From an uncultured Planctomycetaceae bacterium (GTDB lineage: Bacteria > Planctomycetota > Planctomycetia > Isosphaerales > Isosphaeraceae): a DNA stretch of 64,000 bases. Positions within the stretch are counted from its first letter, which is position 1; the number at the start of each line of letters is the position of its first letter. Shown here one piece after another: positions 41,458-52,354 of the stretch. The stretch is taken from contig CAWIAD010000002.1 of the NCBI GenBank assembly GCA_963833985.1, positions 6,528,001 to 6,592,000 of the forward strand. Reading direction: 5' to 3'. The position numbers and the translations under genes were made by a program. The notes under the pieces were generated by a model that was given only the letters and a program-made list of their open reading frames with translations, was not told the origin of the DNA and made no database searches.

Positions 41458-43701
41458 CCTACTTTCCGCACATCTCGCCTTGACTATCTCCTAATTTCCG
41501 TGTGCCATCTTTCGGCCTGTCAGGTTCAAATCTCGTAGGCTTTGGGTATCCCCAGCAGGCGCAGGATTCTCTTCTGGAGCCGAGTTAACTCTGTGCTGAA
41601 CACCTCAAGAGGGCGTTTCCCAGCCTTCAGGGAATGCTCTTGAACGTCCTCGTACAGGTCGATCACTTTTCGAGCCGTCGGGCGTCGGCAGGCCCGACCT
41701 TCGGAATACAGTGGCAGACTCTCGATTCCCGCTCGTTCCATCGCGCGGCGGAGTTCTCGCTCCAACAGCGCCTCGACCAGCAACACGAAGAAGTACACGC
41801 AGAGCAAGGCCTGAATCCGACTTACCTCCTTCAGGTACATAGGCGCTACCACGAAGTCAGTCTTCAGGTGCTCGAACCGTCGTTCGATGGCCGGTTGCTG
41901 TTTGTAGGCCAAGAGCAGATCCTGCTCCGTCATCTTCGATTCGTTGCTCACCAGCGGGAAAATGCCATCACAGCGGGCCTCCTCATCCAGTCGCTCCAAC
42001 TCAATCCGATGCTTCAACGAGTAACGGAGCTTCTCCTCTCGGACGTACCGCGTGTCCTGTCCAGGCCGGCCGCGTCGCTCCTGGCGGAACTTTTCGGTGA
42101 CCTGCTCCTCGATCTCGACCGAGATCCACTCGGTGACCTCACAGTCCCGGAGCAGCTCCTCGACCGCCTCGGCGACCTTGGCTCGACTGCGGTACCGGGT
42201 TCGGGACGAGGCGAGCTTGGCACGCAGTTCGTCCAGTCGTTTCAACGCCTTCTCCAGCCGGGTCAGCCGTACCTCCGCATCCAACTCGGCCTTGCGTGTG
42301 CTGTGATACCAGATCAGCCGGTAACCCTCGGTGGTCTGGCTCGCAGGTTTGCAGATCGAGAAGCGGTCGGTCAACTGTCCCTTGTCGTCGTACTTGTCGT
42401 GGGTCCATCGCCACTGGATCTCTCCCCGGAGTACGGCGCCGCGGAAGGCACCGTCCTCACTGCGAGTTCGCGGCAGCACGCTGAGGAACCGACCGCCGCG
42501 CTGATGCAGATAGGCCATGTTCTCGGTGGTGGCCAGCTTGCAGTCGGCGATGTAGAGAAAGTCTCGGCGTCCGGTCAGTTGACAGAGCAACTCCCAGGTC
42601 TCCTGGTGAGAGCGGTCGTCGGTGGCGTTGCCGCTCTCGACGCGAAAGTGCACCGGGACGGCACCGTCGCCGGTCACGGTGAGGATGTAGAGTAGCTGCT
42701 TGAGGTCGGGGCGGTGGTCTTTGTTATGACCCCAGGTCACCGCCAACCGCAATTGTCCCCGCAGGGTTCGCTCCGCCTCCGCCGACTCGTAGTCACCGTG
42801 GAAAGTGATGGTGGTCGAGTCGTTGTGTAACTGGTCGAGGCTGACGTCGAATTCGCGTACGGCATGGGCCGCGACCTTCAGGGCCAACCCCGAGAGATTG
42901 GCGTCGAAGAGACGGTCGAGGGCCCGGCCAACTCGATCGTCGTTCATTGCGGCGACTTGGACATCGGACAACCCGAACAGTTTCGGCTCATGGCGGGCCA
43001 CCCACTCACCGACACCATAGAGTGGCTCACGCGAGATCAGCAGGTTGCGCAGCAGGACGAGCAAGGCCGTGGCCGTGGGGACCCGAGTGCGGCCGTCCTC
43101 ATGGGGCAGGTGGTCGCAGAGAAACTCGCGAAGGCGGAGCCGACTCAGGAAGTGTTCCAGGATGGGCACGGCGGCAATCCGCCGCGTGTTGAGCGTGCGC
43201 TTGCGTCCCTTCGAGCGGGCCGTCTCGCCGGGTTGGCGCGGTCGTTGAGGTTCGTTCATGCGGATCATCTCCGGAGGGTTTGCAGCGAGTTGGCCGGTGT
43301 CCGCCGCCGGGCCTTCCAGGGCCGTGAGGGGAGCAGGCCGACCGCCGCAGGGCTTGCCGCAATGATGGCGGAGGAGATCGGGACGTCAAGGACAAAAAAT
43401 CTTGTGATTCACTTATGACAATTTGCCTTGACGTAAGTTGTGAGCCGCTCAACTTACGCTCATAGCCCGTGTCACAAGTCGTCGCGGCGAGAATCGCGGC
43501 GCGCGGCTGGACATTGCCAAGTCATAAGACAAGGCGAAGAATGGCTCGAGTTCAGGAACGGTCCGGTTGGCGAACCATCTGAACCGAACAAGGTCCCCGT
43601 GCCGATCGACTTGTAGATGTTTACCGACCCTGGGGCCGCGTCTGAGAAGATGGCCTCAGGTCGAATTCGGGGAAATCAAAGGGAGATGTGCGGAAAGTAG
43701 G
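41458..43701 (-). mobile_element. IS1634-family insertion sequence
   Basis: 19-bp perfect IRs CCTACTTTCCGCACATCTC (41458-41476) and 43683-43701, with a 6-bp TSD GTGGTT (41452-41457, 43702-43707). Confidence 0.93.
41526..43268 (-). CDS. IS1634-family transposase (intact ORF)
   Basis: NDDRVGRALD, LHNDSTTITFHG, GHNKDHRPDLKQL, YIADCKL, YKQQPAIERRFEHLK. Confidence 0.9.
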   Translation of the reverse strand: MIRMNEPQRPRQPGETARSKGRKRTLNTRRIAAVPILEHFLSRLRLREFLCDHLPHEDGRTRVPTATALLVLLRNLLISREPLYGVGEWVARHEPKLFGLSDVQVAAMNDDRVGRALDRLFDANLSGLALKVAAHAVREFDVSLDQLHNDSTTITFHGDYESAEAERTLRGQLRLAVTWGHNKDHRPDLKQLLYILTVTGDGAVPVHFRVESGNATDDRSHQETWELLCQLTGRRDFLYIADCKLATTENMAYLHQRGGRFLSVLPRTRSEDGAFRGAVLRGEIQWRWTHDKYDDKGQLTDRFSICKPASQTTEGYRLIWYHSTRKAELDAEVRLTRLEKALKRLDELRAKLASSRTRYRSRAKVAEAVEELLRDCEVTEWISVEIEEQVTEKFRQERRGRPGQDTRYVREEKLRYSLKHRIELERLDEEARCDGIFPLVSNESKMTEQDLLLAYKQQPAIERRFEHLKTDFVVAPMYLKEVSRIQALLCVYFFVLLVEALLERELRRAMERAGIESLPLYSEGRACRRPTARKVIDLYEDVQEHSLKAGKRPLEVFSTELTRLQKRILRLLGIPKAYEI

Positions 43702-44161
43702 GTGGTTCGCTCGCCATCCCGAGTATCATCTGCATTTCACTCCCACCAGCGGCTCTTGGCTGAACCAGGTTGAACGATTCTTCGCGGAGATTACCGAGAA
43801 GTGAATTCGCCGTGGAGTATTCCGGAGCGTGGCGGCGTTGGAACAGGCGATCCATGAATTCCTGGCAAAACACAACGTAAATCCCAAGCCTTTCGTATGG
43901 ACGGCAGATGCTGATATGATCTTAGATCGAGTGACGAGTGTTTGTGAGCGAACTTCTAACTCAGGACACTAGCCGACTTTAGGACAGGCGGATCACGATT
44001 TTTTTGGAGATTTTCCATTGTGCCCGATTATGGCTGAATCGAGGCTTGGCTGGAATCATCGGCTGGAGCGAAATCGCTGGCAGAACCGTGGCACCGGATT
44101 CGTCGTCGACACCTGCTCGCCTGCCACCTGGCGTCGACACTCCCCGGCCGGATGAGCCCGC

Positions 44162-47100
44162 TCAGCGGCGAGACCTGGGATCGCCGTCGGGCGTGCCCGT
44201 CCACGGGGTCGCGTCCCAGAGTTTGATCTCAATCTCCTTGCGGACGCCGCCGGCGAGCCGGCCTCGTGGGACCGCCGAGACGATCTGGTGCCCATTCGGC
44301 GTGAAGGCGATTCCGCTGTACCGCGAACTCGAGTTCGAGCCGATCCCCTTGAGCGCGAGAACCTGCCGCCCGGTCGCGGTATCCCAGAGCCCGACCTCGG
44401 TCGCGATCGAGCCGTACGCGCTCGCGATCCGGGAGCCGTCGGGGCTGAAGGCGAGAGTGCCGAATTCGCCCTGGACCACGTGCTGGAGCTTGCCGGAGGC
44501 AACGTCCCAGACCACGAGGACAGACCGAGAGATTTCGCCCATGTACGGGACGCGGACGGCGATCGAGGCCGCGACCCTCTGACCCTCCGGGCCATACGCC
44601 ATGCCCATCATGTCGAGGATGAGCCCGGGATCGGCGATGCGATCGGGCATTTCCAGTCGAATCCGCTCCGCCCCCATCTCGGCATCCCATACCGCAGCCC
44701 GCCACGATCGATCGGCCGACCGGGAGAAGCCCGCGAGCCGCCGGCCCCTGGGATCAAGGACGGCGCTCGTGCAATTCGGAACCGTCGTCACGAGCCGCCC
44801 GGTCGAGATGTCCCAGACCCTCGCCTCCTTCGTACCGAGATCCATCGTCGTGGATCTGATGGCCGCCACGCGGGCACCGTCGACGCCAAATGAGGGCATA
44901 AAGAAGAAAACGCCCTCCTCTTCAATATGGAAAATCTCCTTGCCGTCGAGGTCCCAGATCGTGAGGGCACTTCCACCTGAGTTGATCGTTCCCTTCGGAG
45001 CTCCCACCGAGCGGATGTAGCGGACGGAGACAAAGGCGATCCGGTCTCCACGGGGGCTCCAGGTCAGCCATCCCATGGCGATCTCATCGTCCCTGGCCAG
45101 TACGGAACGTCCGAACGACCGCACGAATCGGCCCTTCGCATCCCAGAGCTTGACGACCGGCGTATTACCCCATGGCGTGGTGGCCTCCGGTTTCACGACA
45201 CCGGCGATCCACCGCGCGTCGGGACTCACGACCAGGCTGCTGACCCGACCCTCCGGGTCCAGCACGTGGTCTTCCGTGTTATCCGGGGAGTCCCAGATCT
45301 TCACCGTGCCATAGAGGTCGGCCGCCAGCAGGTCGCGGCCATTCCGTCCGTACGAAATCACGTACGCATCGCCGATGTCATCCTGGTAGACCGCCACTGG
45401 CTTACCCTCGGCAACGTCCCAGACGCCGAGCTGATGCCCGAGGAAGACAGAGGCGATCCGGCGGCCGTCGGGACTGAAGACCGGTGGCGTCTGCAAGCCG
45501 TGCGACCGGAGCGGGATGGAGAATCGCATCCGCGCCGTCGCAACATCCCAGACGTGCAGAACATCATCCGTCGGATACGCCGCGACGGCGGCGAGCGTCT
45601 TGCCGTCGGGGCTGAAGCTGAACTCCGCGGTGTCGATCGGGCCGGCCGTCGGAAACGATGCGACCTCGCGCCGGAATCGACCTCCCAGAGCTTGACGTCC
45701 CTCTGGCTCGGGTTCTTGCCCGTCTCGATCGTGGCCGCGACGCGCTTGCCGTCGACACTGAACGCATGCCGCGATCCTTCCCGCGGGAAGGTGCCGGGGA
45801 TGGCTCGAATTTCGGCCCCGGTCTCCGCGTCCCAGACGAGAATTGCATTCCCGGGGCCGTATTTCTCGTCCGCCTCGTGAGGACTGACAATCGCCCCGAG
45901 CCTCCGGCCGTCCGGGCTGAACTGGACGGAATAGAGGTTGTTCTTCAAGGTCCGGCGCACGACCATGCGGCCGGTGGCCGTGTCGACCACCATCAGTAAA
46001 TGCTCGTGCTTGCCGGACGCGTCGTCGTCGGTCTTCAGGGCGATGGCGAGGCGCGATCCGTCGGTGTTCAAGGACGCAAAATCTGCGTCTCCCTCCGGGA
46101 ATGCGACCGTAGCCACGACCTGCCCGCTCGACACGTCCCACACCTTCCAGTCAACAACTCGGTAATCGAGGGGTTTACCCTTGGATTTGACGGGAATTCG
46201 ACCGGAGATGGCGACGAATCGCGAGCCATCGCCGCTGAAGGCGGGGAAGTAGCGAAATGCACTGCGGGGCAGGGAAATCGTCCTCGCCGCCTGATGCGAT
46301 TGCCTCATCCAGTAGTTCCACTCGAAGCCGAGGAGGTCCGGATTCTCGGCCTTCTCGCGCTCGAGCAGACGGGTGACCTCGCGGTGACGCCCCCCTTCCC
46401 AGGCGGCCTGCACCAGCCCCATGTCGGCGGCGTAGAGGGTGCGGCGGAGGTTCTCGCGGGCGGCCTCGGCCTCGGTGCGGCGGGCGGTCGCCTCGTCTCG
46501 CTCGACGACGGCGACGCGTTCGGCACGTAATGCGACGGACTCGGCCTTGCTCGCCCGCAGGGCCTGCCACGCGCTCAGTACCGTACCGAAGACGAGCGCC
46601 GCGGCGACGACCCCCGTCGTCGCAATCGCGACCCTATGCCTCCGAAGGAGCTTCGCCATGCGGTACGACGCCGACGGTGGACGGGCTTCGACGGTCTCGT
46701 TCGCGAGATACCGCTGAATGTCGTGCGCCAGGGCGTTGGCCGTGTCGTACCGACGGTCGCGGCGCTTCTCCAGGCATTTCATCACCACCCAGTCGAGCTC
46801 CCCGCGCAAGAGCGCCATCAGCCGTCGCGGCTCGGTCTGGCGAAGCGCTGCCAGCGACGGCAGCGACTGGTCGGTGGAAAGCCGGGTCGAGGGCCTGGTC
46901 GGCTCTTCCTCGCGGATGATCCGGACCATCTCCGGCAGGGCCGCCCGCCGCAACCGTTCGGCGTCGATGGGCCGCAGGCCGATCAGCAGCTCGTAGAGGA
47001 TCACGCCAAGGGAGTAGATGTCGGCTCGAGTGTCGATGTCGTCGCCGGAAAATGCCGCCTGCTCGGGCGACATGTACTCGAGCGTGCCGACGACCGCACC

Positions 47101-47868
47101 GAACTGGGTCGAGAGCGATTCGGCCGTCAGCCGGCCGGCCGTCGCCTTCGCGATGCCGAAGTCGATGACCTTCGGCACCGGCTTGCCATCGATGATCGTC
47201 GCCAGGATGTTTGCCGGTTTCAGGTCGCGATGGACGATTCCCTTGTGGTGGGCGTGCTGGACCGCCTGGCAGATTGGCACGAACAGCTCCAGTCGGTCGC
47301 GGGGCGTCAGCCGGGCCTCGTCGCAAAACTTCGTCACCTCCAGGCCGTTGACCAGCTCCATGACGAAGAACGGCTGGCCCCCGGGCGTGAGCCCGCCGTC
47401 AAGCACCCGGGCGATGTTCGGGTGGTCCATCAAGGCCAGCGCCTGCCGCTCCTGCTCGAACCGGCGGACCACAGCGCGCGAGTCCATCCCGGCCTTGATC
47501 AGCTTGAGTGCCACCCTGCGTTTTACCGGCTCGCTCTGGCGGGCGACCCAGACCTCTCCCATCCCGCCTTCGCCGATCTTCTCCAGGAGCCTGTACCGCC
47601 CCGCGATGATCATGCCTTCCTGGCCGTCGCCTGTGGCGCGTTCACGCATCGGGGCCGATTCGCTGGTGGAGTCTCGCGGCGCGTCGGTGGGGTCAAGGTC
47701 AAGGAAGCGGCCGGCGCCGCGATGGGCCGCCAGCAGGGCCTCGACGCGGCGCCGCAGCTCGGCGTCGTCACCGCACGCCTGCTCCAGAAAGGCCGCCCGG
47801 GCGGCGTCATCCGCCTTATCGAGGGCTTCGTTGAAAACCGTCATCAATTCAGGGCTCACTTTCGACAT
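44162..47868 (-). CDS. Ser/Thr kinase with TM and WD40 beta-propeller (frameshift near 45672)
   Basis: IGEGGMGEV, HRDLKPAN, VIDFGIAK, GTLEYMSPEQ, and many FSPDG..WD repeats across ORFs 45358-47901 and 44162-46141. Confidence 0.88.
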
Positions 47869-47949
47869 GGGCATATCTCCGCAACGGATTCCGCTACCCA
47901 ATGCCCCGTTTGCCCCTGAAGTGTGCCACGCGACTCCAATTTCTTGGAT

Positions 47950-48507
47950 TCAGCCGCGGGACAGGGCGTCGGCGAGCCAGGCCCGGGCAAAGTTCCAGTG
48001 TCTGTGGGCCGTCCGCCGGGAAATCCCCAGCGCGGTGGCGGCCTCCTCCAGAGTCATCCCCGCGAACAGCCGGAGCTTCACAAGGTCGGCGGCGCGGGGA
48101 TACTCGCTCGCCAGTCCTTCGAGCATCCTGTCCAGGTCCAGCAAATCCTCATCGTCCGCGTTGGCCGCCGCCGCCGAGCCCGCGATCCGGTCGAGGTCGA
48201 CACGTTGGCGCCGGCCCCCGCGTTTCAGTCGGCTCCGGTCCCGGGCATGATTCACCAGGATGCGCCGCATGGCCTCGGCAGCGGCAGCGAAGAAGTGTGC
48301 ACGGCCCTCGAACTGCTGATCGCCGATCAGCCGGAGATACGCTTCATGGACCAGCGCCGTGGCGTCGAGCGTGTGCCCTGGCCCCTCGCGCGCCATGCGC
48401 GTGGCCGCGAGCTTCCGCAGCTCATCATAGACGAGCGGCAGCAACTCCACGGCAGCATGGCGGTCACCGTTCTGGCTGGCCTCGATCAGGCGCGTGATTT
48501 CTGACAT
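47950..48507 (-). CDS. ECF sigma factor, TIGR02999-like
   Basis: LLPLVYDELRKLA, TLDATALVHEAYLRL, HFFAAAAEAMRRILV, WNFARAWL. Confidence 0.92.
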   Translation of the reverse strand: MSEITRLIEASQNGDRHAAVELLPLVYDELRKLAATRMAREGPGHTLDATALVHEAYLRLIGDQQFEGRAHFFAAAAEAMRRILVNHARDRSRLKRGGRRQRVDLDRIAGSAAAANADDEDLLDLDRMLEGLASEYPRAADLVKLRLFAGMTLEEAATALGISRRTAHRHWNFARAWLADALSRG

Positions 48508-48688
48508 GGATAGGTAATATACATGTCGCGGACCGGTCTTTCATCCTGATGTCCGGGGCTTCATCATTTACCTGAAGACCGTCGATCCTCTTCCGGGCGT
48601 CGGCTCCGGTTGCCCTTGCGAGCGGCCGCGTGTGCACCGCGAGGCCCCGGATGACTCGTCGAGATGCTTGTCGGCTGGATATCCCGGC

Positions 48689-51600
48689 CTATCGGCCGGC
48701 CGCCGGGTTGCCCTCGGATGGCGCGGTCCACGGTGTCGCGTCCCAGGTCCGGATCTCCACCGCGGTCCTCGACGGCAGCCGTGCCGTCGAAATGATCCGG
48801 TCTCCTTTCGGGCTGATGGCCAGGCCCGTCTGGAGGGGAAACGTCTCGGAACCCTCGTGCCCACGGAGCACAAGGAGTTGCCGCCCCGAGGGGACGTCCC
48901 AGAGCCCCAGCGCGACTGACGCATAGTCTGAATAGAGGTTGGCGGCGACGCGGGTGCCGTCGGCGCTGAAGACGGGTTGGCCGTGAGCCTGGCCGAAGTG
49001 CCGGACCGCGCCGGAGGCAAGCTCGTGCACCAAAAGCTCGCTCGCCCCCGTGGCGGGCTGCATCGTGGCCGCGAGACTTCGGCCGTCGGGACTGAACGCG
49101 AGGTGCCTGCATCGGGCCTTCGTATCCCAGGTCGCACACTCGTTCCCTGTTGCGACATCAAGTACGACGATCTTCAGGTGGTCGCCCCACGAATCCGCGA
49201 TCGCCAGGCGCGTTCCCTCCCGGTCCAGTGCGATTCTGGAAAAGCTGTCGCTGGTGTCCATGAGGAACCGGCCCGTGTCGACATCCCAGACGCGAAGGAG
49301 CCTGTTGTACTCCGACGGCTTGCCTTGCTTGCGTTCGATGACCGTCGCGGCCACGCGCCGGCCATCGCCGCTGAGCGCGACGTTGATGCCCGGATCGTCG
49401 CGGTGGAATAGGATCTTACCCCCTTCATCCCAGACCGTCAGTGCTCCGCCCAGGGATGGCTGGGTAAGCGAGGCGTAGGCTAGCCGGGTGCCGTCAGCAC
49501 TGAAGGCGATCTGCCGCCACCACTGCTCCCGCGGTGCGGGTTTCGCCGGTCGTTCCAGCGTGAGCAGGGTCTTCCCGGCCGTATCGATGATCTGAACGCT
49601 CTGGCCGGAGCCGCCGACCATGGCGATGCGTCGAGCATCGGGGCTCACGACCGTGGCGAACCTCGTGCCGAGTTCAAAGACCTGTGTGCCGGTCGCGGGT
49701 GGCCGGGCCTCCCACCACTTCAGCGTGCCCCACTCGTCGGCCGAAACCACGTGGCGGCCATCGCGGGTGAAGCTCACGGCGACCAGGGGCGTCGCATGGC
49801 CTCTGAACCTCGCAAGTTCCTCACCCTTCTCTGTGTTCCAGAGCCCGACCTCAAAATTGCTGACCGCTCCCGCGAGCAGGCGGCCATCGGGGCTGAAGGC
49901 AAGGCCCACGTTACCAATGCTGTTCTGCCGTGAGAGCCCCCGGATGCTGAAACGGAGACGACCCGAAGAGAGCTCCCAGACCTGAAGGATATCCTGAGTC
50001 CTGGATTCCGGACCGACCGCGGCGAGCGCCTCGCCTCGCGGCGCGAAGGTCAGCGCCGTGTCGCGGGGTCCTCCCGTGAATTCCGTAGGCAAAGTGTGCT
50101 CGACTCGGCCGCTCGCGACTTCCCAGACACACACGACCACCGCGCCGGGCTGGTCCGGATGCCGCATTGGGCACGCCACCCTGGATCCGTCGGCACTGAG
50201 CGCGGGCCTCTGCGCGGCGTGGCAGAGCAGATGAGGGACCGCCCGGATCTCTTGATAGGTTGTCGTGTCCCAGATGTGAAGAATGCCGGTCCGAGGCCCT
50301 GGCGTCTCTCCCGTGTCGCCAATCACCTCGAGACCAGCGATTCTTCGCCCGTCGGCGCTGAAGGACACCTGGACTCGACCCTTCAGCCCGCGGATCGTTG
50401 CGGCCCTCGTTCCTGTGGCCGTGTCGAGGATGTGGATCTCATGGATCGGTTTCCCTTCGTTTTCACCCTTCAGCGACACATACTGCGCCTGTCGGCTTCC
50501 ATCGAAATTGGTTATGGCCGATCCCACAAAGTCAACTCGCTCCTGAGCCGGGCCTGCGATACTCCATCGGGAAACGACGCGGCCGTTCTCCGTATCCCAG
50601 AGCCTGTAGGTCGATCCGATTCGCGTCGTGTCGCCGCTGAATGAGGCACGGTTGAAATTGAGCCCGGTCTCCGGCTCGAGCTGGATCGTGCGGCGATCCT
50701 GGTGGGCCTGCCTCATCCAGTAGTTCCACTCGAATCCGCAGAGATCCGGGCTGCTCGACTTCTCCTGGTTTAGAACGGTGAGCATCTCGCCGACTCTTCC
50801 CCCCTCCCAGCAGGCCTGCACCAGCCCCATGTCGGCGGCGTAGAGGGTGCGACGAAGGTTCTCGCGGGCGGCCTCGGCCTCCGTGCGCCGGACGGTTGCC
50901 TCGACGGCGCGGGCGTCTGCCAGCGCGCGCTGTTCGACGGCCCGTGTTTCGGCGTGCAGGGCGACTTTTTCGGCATGCCGCGCGCGGACCGCCTGCCAGA
51001 CGCTCAGCATAGTGCCCAGAAGCAGGGCCGCGGCCACTGCGGCCCCGGTTGTCAGGGCAACCTTGTTCCGCCGGGCCAGCTTACTGAACCGGTACCAGGT
51101 CGACGGCGGTCGCGCCTCGATCGGCTCCTCGGCCAGGAACCGGCGCACGTCGGCGGCCAGACCGCTGGCCGTCTCGTAGCGCCGGCGGCGGTCCTTCTCG
51201 AGCGCCTTCATCACGATCCAGTCGAGGTCGCCGCGCACCAGCGCCGAAAGCTTCGCCGGCTCGGTCCTGTGCAGAGCCGAGACCTTCGTCAGCGTCTCGC
51301 CCAGCGTGCTCAGCCGGGTGCTCGGCCGGGGCGGCTCCTCTTCCTTGATGATCCGGCGGATCTCGTCATACGCCGCAGTCGCGAACCGCTGCTTCTCGAA
51401 CGGCGTGGTGCCGGTCAGCAGCTCGTAGAGCAAGACGCCCAGACTATAGACGTCGCTCCGCACATCGACGTCCAGCGCGTTAACCTCGGCCTGCTCAGGG
51501 CTCATGTAGAGCGGAGTGCCGATCATCTGGGCGAACCGTGTGTAGATGGTCCGGTCGGTGAGCTGCTGGCCGATCGCCTTGGCGACGCCGAAGTCGATCA

Positions 51601-52270
51601 CCTTGACCACGGGCTCGCCGTCGTGCGGCGCCACAAGGATGTTGGACGGCTTGAGGTCGCGGTGGATGACCCCCTTGCCGTGGGCGTGCTGCACCGCCTG
51701 GCAGACCGAGATGAACAGGTCGAGCCGCTCACGCGTCGTGAGCTGCTGGGCGTCGCAGTACTCGACGATCGGAATCCCCTTGACCAGCTCCATCACGAAA
51801 TAGGGCCGGCCGCTGTCGGTCGTGCCGGCGTCGAAAACGCGGGCGATGTTGGGGTGGTCCATGAGAGCCAGGGCTTGCCGCTCGGCCTCGAACCGGGCGA
51901 TCACGTCGCGTGAATCCATCCCCGGCTTGATGATCTTCAGCGCCACCTTGCGGCGCACGGGATGTTGCTGCTCGGCGACGTACACCAGGCCCATACCCCC
52001 CTCGCCGATCTGCTCCATCAGCTTGAAGGGACCGATCACCGCGCCGGGCCGCTCCGTGATCGATTCGTAGCCTTCCGTTGCCTCTCCGAGCACTGGCTTG
52101 CCCATGAACTCGCCGGCCCGCTCGTGATACTTGATGAGAGTCTCGATCTCGGCCCGCAGATCGGCGTCGGCTCCACATGCCTGGTCGAGGTACGCGGCGC
52201 GGGCCGTCGGGGACGCAATCTCCATCGCCTGGCCGAAGATCGATTTCACGTCGGGGGAGCTCAGGTTCAT
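48689..52270 (-). CDS. Ser/Thr kinase with TM and WD40 beta-propeller
   Basis: IGEGGMGLV, HRDLKPSN, VIDFGVAK, GTPLYMSPEQ, WD40 repeats. Confidence 0.92.
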   Translation of the reverse strand: MNLSSPDVKSIFGQAMEIASPTARAAYLDQACGADADLRAEIETLIKYHERAGEFMGKPVLGEATEGYESITERPGAVIGPFKLMEQIGEGGMGLVYVAEQQHPVRRKVALKIIKPGMDSRDVIARFEAERQALALMDHPNIARVFDAGTTDSGRPYFVMELVKGIPIVEYCDAQQLTTRERLDLFISVCQAVQHAHGKGVIHRDLKPSNILVAPHDGEPVVKVIDFGVAKAIGQQLTDRTIYTRFAQMIGTPLYMSPEQAEVNALDVDVRSDVYSLGVLLYELLTGTTPFEKQRFATAAYDEIRRIIKEEEPPRPSTRLSTLGETLTKVSALHRTEPAKLSALVRGDLDWIVMKALEKDRRRRYETASGLAADVRRFLAEEPIEARPPSTWYRFSKLARRNKVALTTGAAVAAALLLGTMLSVWQAVRARHAEKVALHAETRAVEQRALADARAVEATVRRTEAEAARENLRRTLYAADMGLVQACWEGGRVGEMLTVLNQEKSSSPDLCGFEWNYWMRQAHQDRRTIQLEPETGLNFNRASFSGDTTRIGSTYRLWDTENGRVVSRWSIAGPAQERVDFVGSAITNFDGSRQAQYVSLKGENEGKPIHEIHILDTATGTRAATIRGLKGRVQVSFSADGRRIAGLEVIGDTGETPGPRTGILHIWDTTTYQEIRAVPHLLCHAAQRPALSADGSRVACPMRHPDQPGAVVVCVWEVASGRVEHTLPTEFTGGPRDTALTFAPRGEALAAVGPESRTQDILQVWELSSGRLRFSIRGLSRQNSIGNVGLAFSPDGRLLAGAVSNFEVGLWNTEKGEELARFRGHATPLVAVSFTRDGRHVVSADEWGTLKWWEARPPATGTQVFELGTRFATVVSPDARRIAMVGGSGQSVQIIDTAGKTLLTLERPAKPAPREQWWRQIAFSADGTRLAYASLTQPSLGGALTVWDEGGKILFHRDDPGINVALSGDGRRVAATVIERKQGKPSEYNRLLRVWDVDTGRFLMDTSDSFSRIALDREGTRLAIADSWGDHLKIVVLDVATGNECATWDTKARCRHLAFSPDGRSLAATMQPATGASELLVHELASGAVRHFGQAHGQPVFSADGTRVAANLYSDYASVALGLWDVPSGRQLLVLRGHEGSETFPLQTGLAISPKGDRIISTARLPSRTAVEIRTWDATPWTAPSEGNPAAGR

Positions 52271-52354
52271 CGGTCTGTCTCCTTTTCCTGGGAGGTTCTA
52301 CCTCCCAATGCGACGTGTCGGGCCGGAGACTGCACAAAAAATCCCAAAGCCTGG

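Larger units (their letters stand above)
40546..43969 (+). mobile_element. IS630-family element interrupted by IS1634
   Basis: IRs GTGTCCTGAGTTA (40546-40558) and TAACTCAGGACAC (43957-43969), each flanked by TA within CTAG. Confidence 0.92.
40622..43972 (+). pseudogene. IS630 transposase split at 41457/43708, with an in-frame TGA at 43802
   Basis: [36 protein letters not shown], resuming after the insert with ARHPEYHLHFTPTSGSWLNQVERFF...EK*IRRG...SNSGH. Confidence 0.9.
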
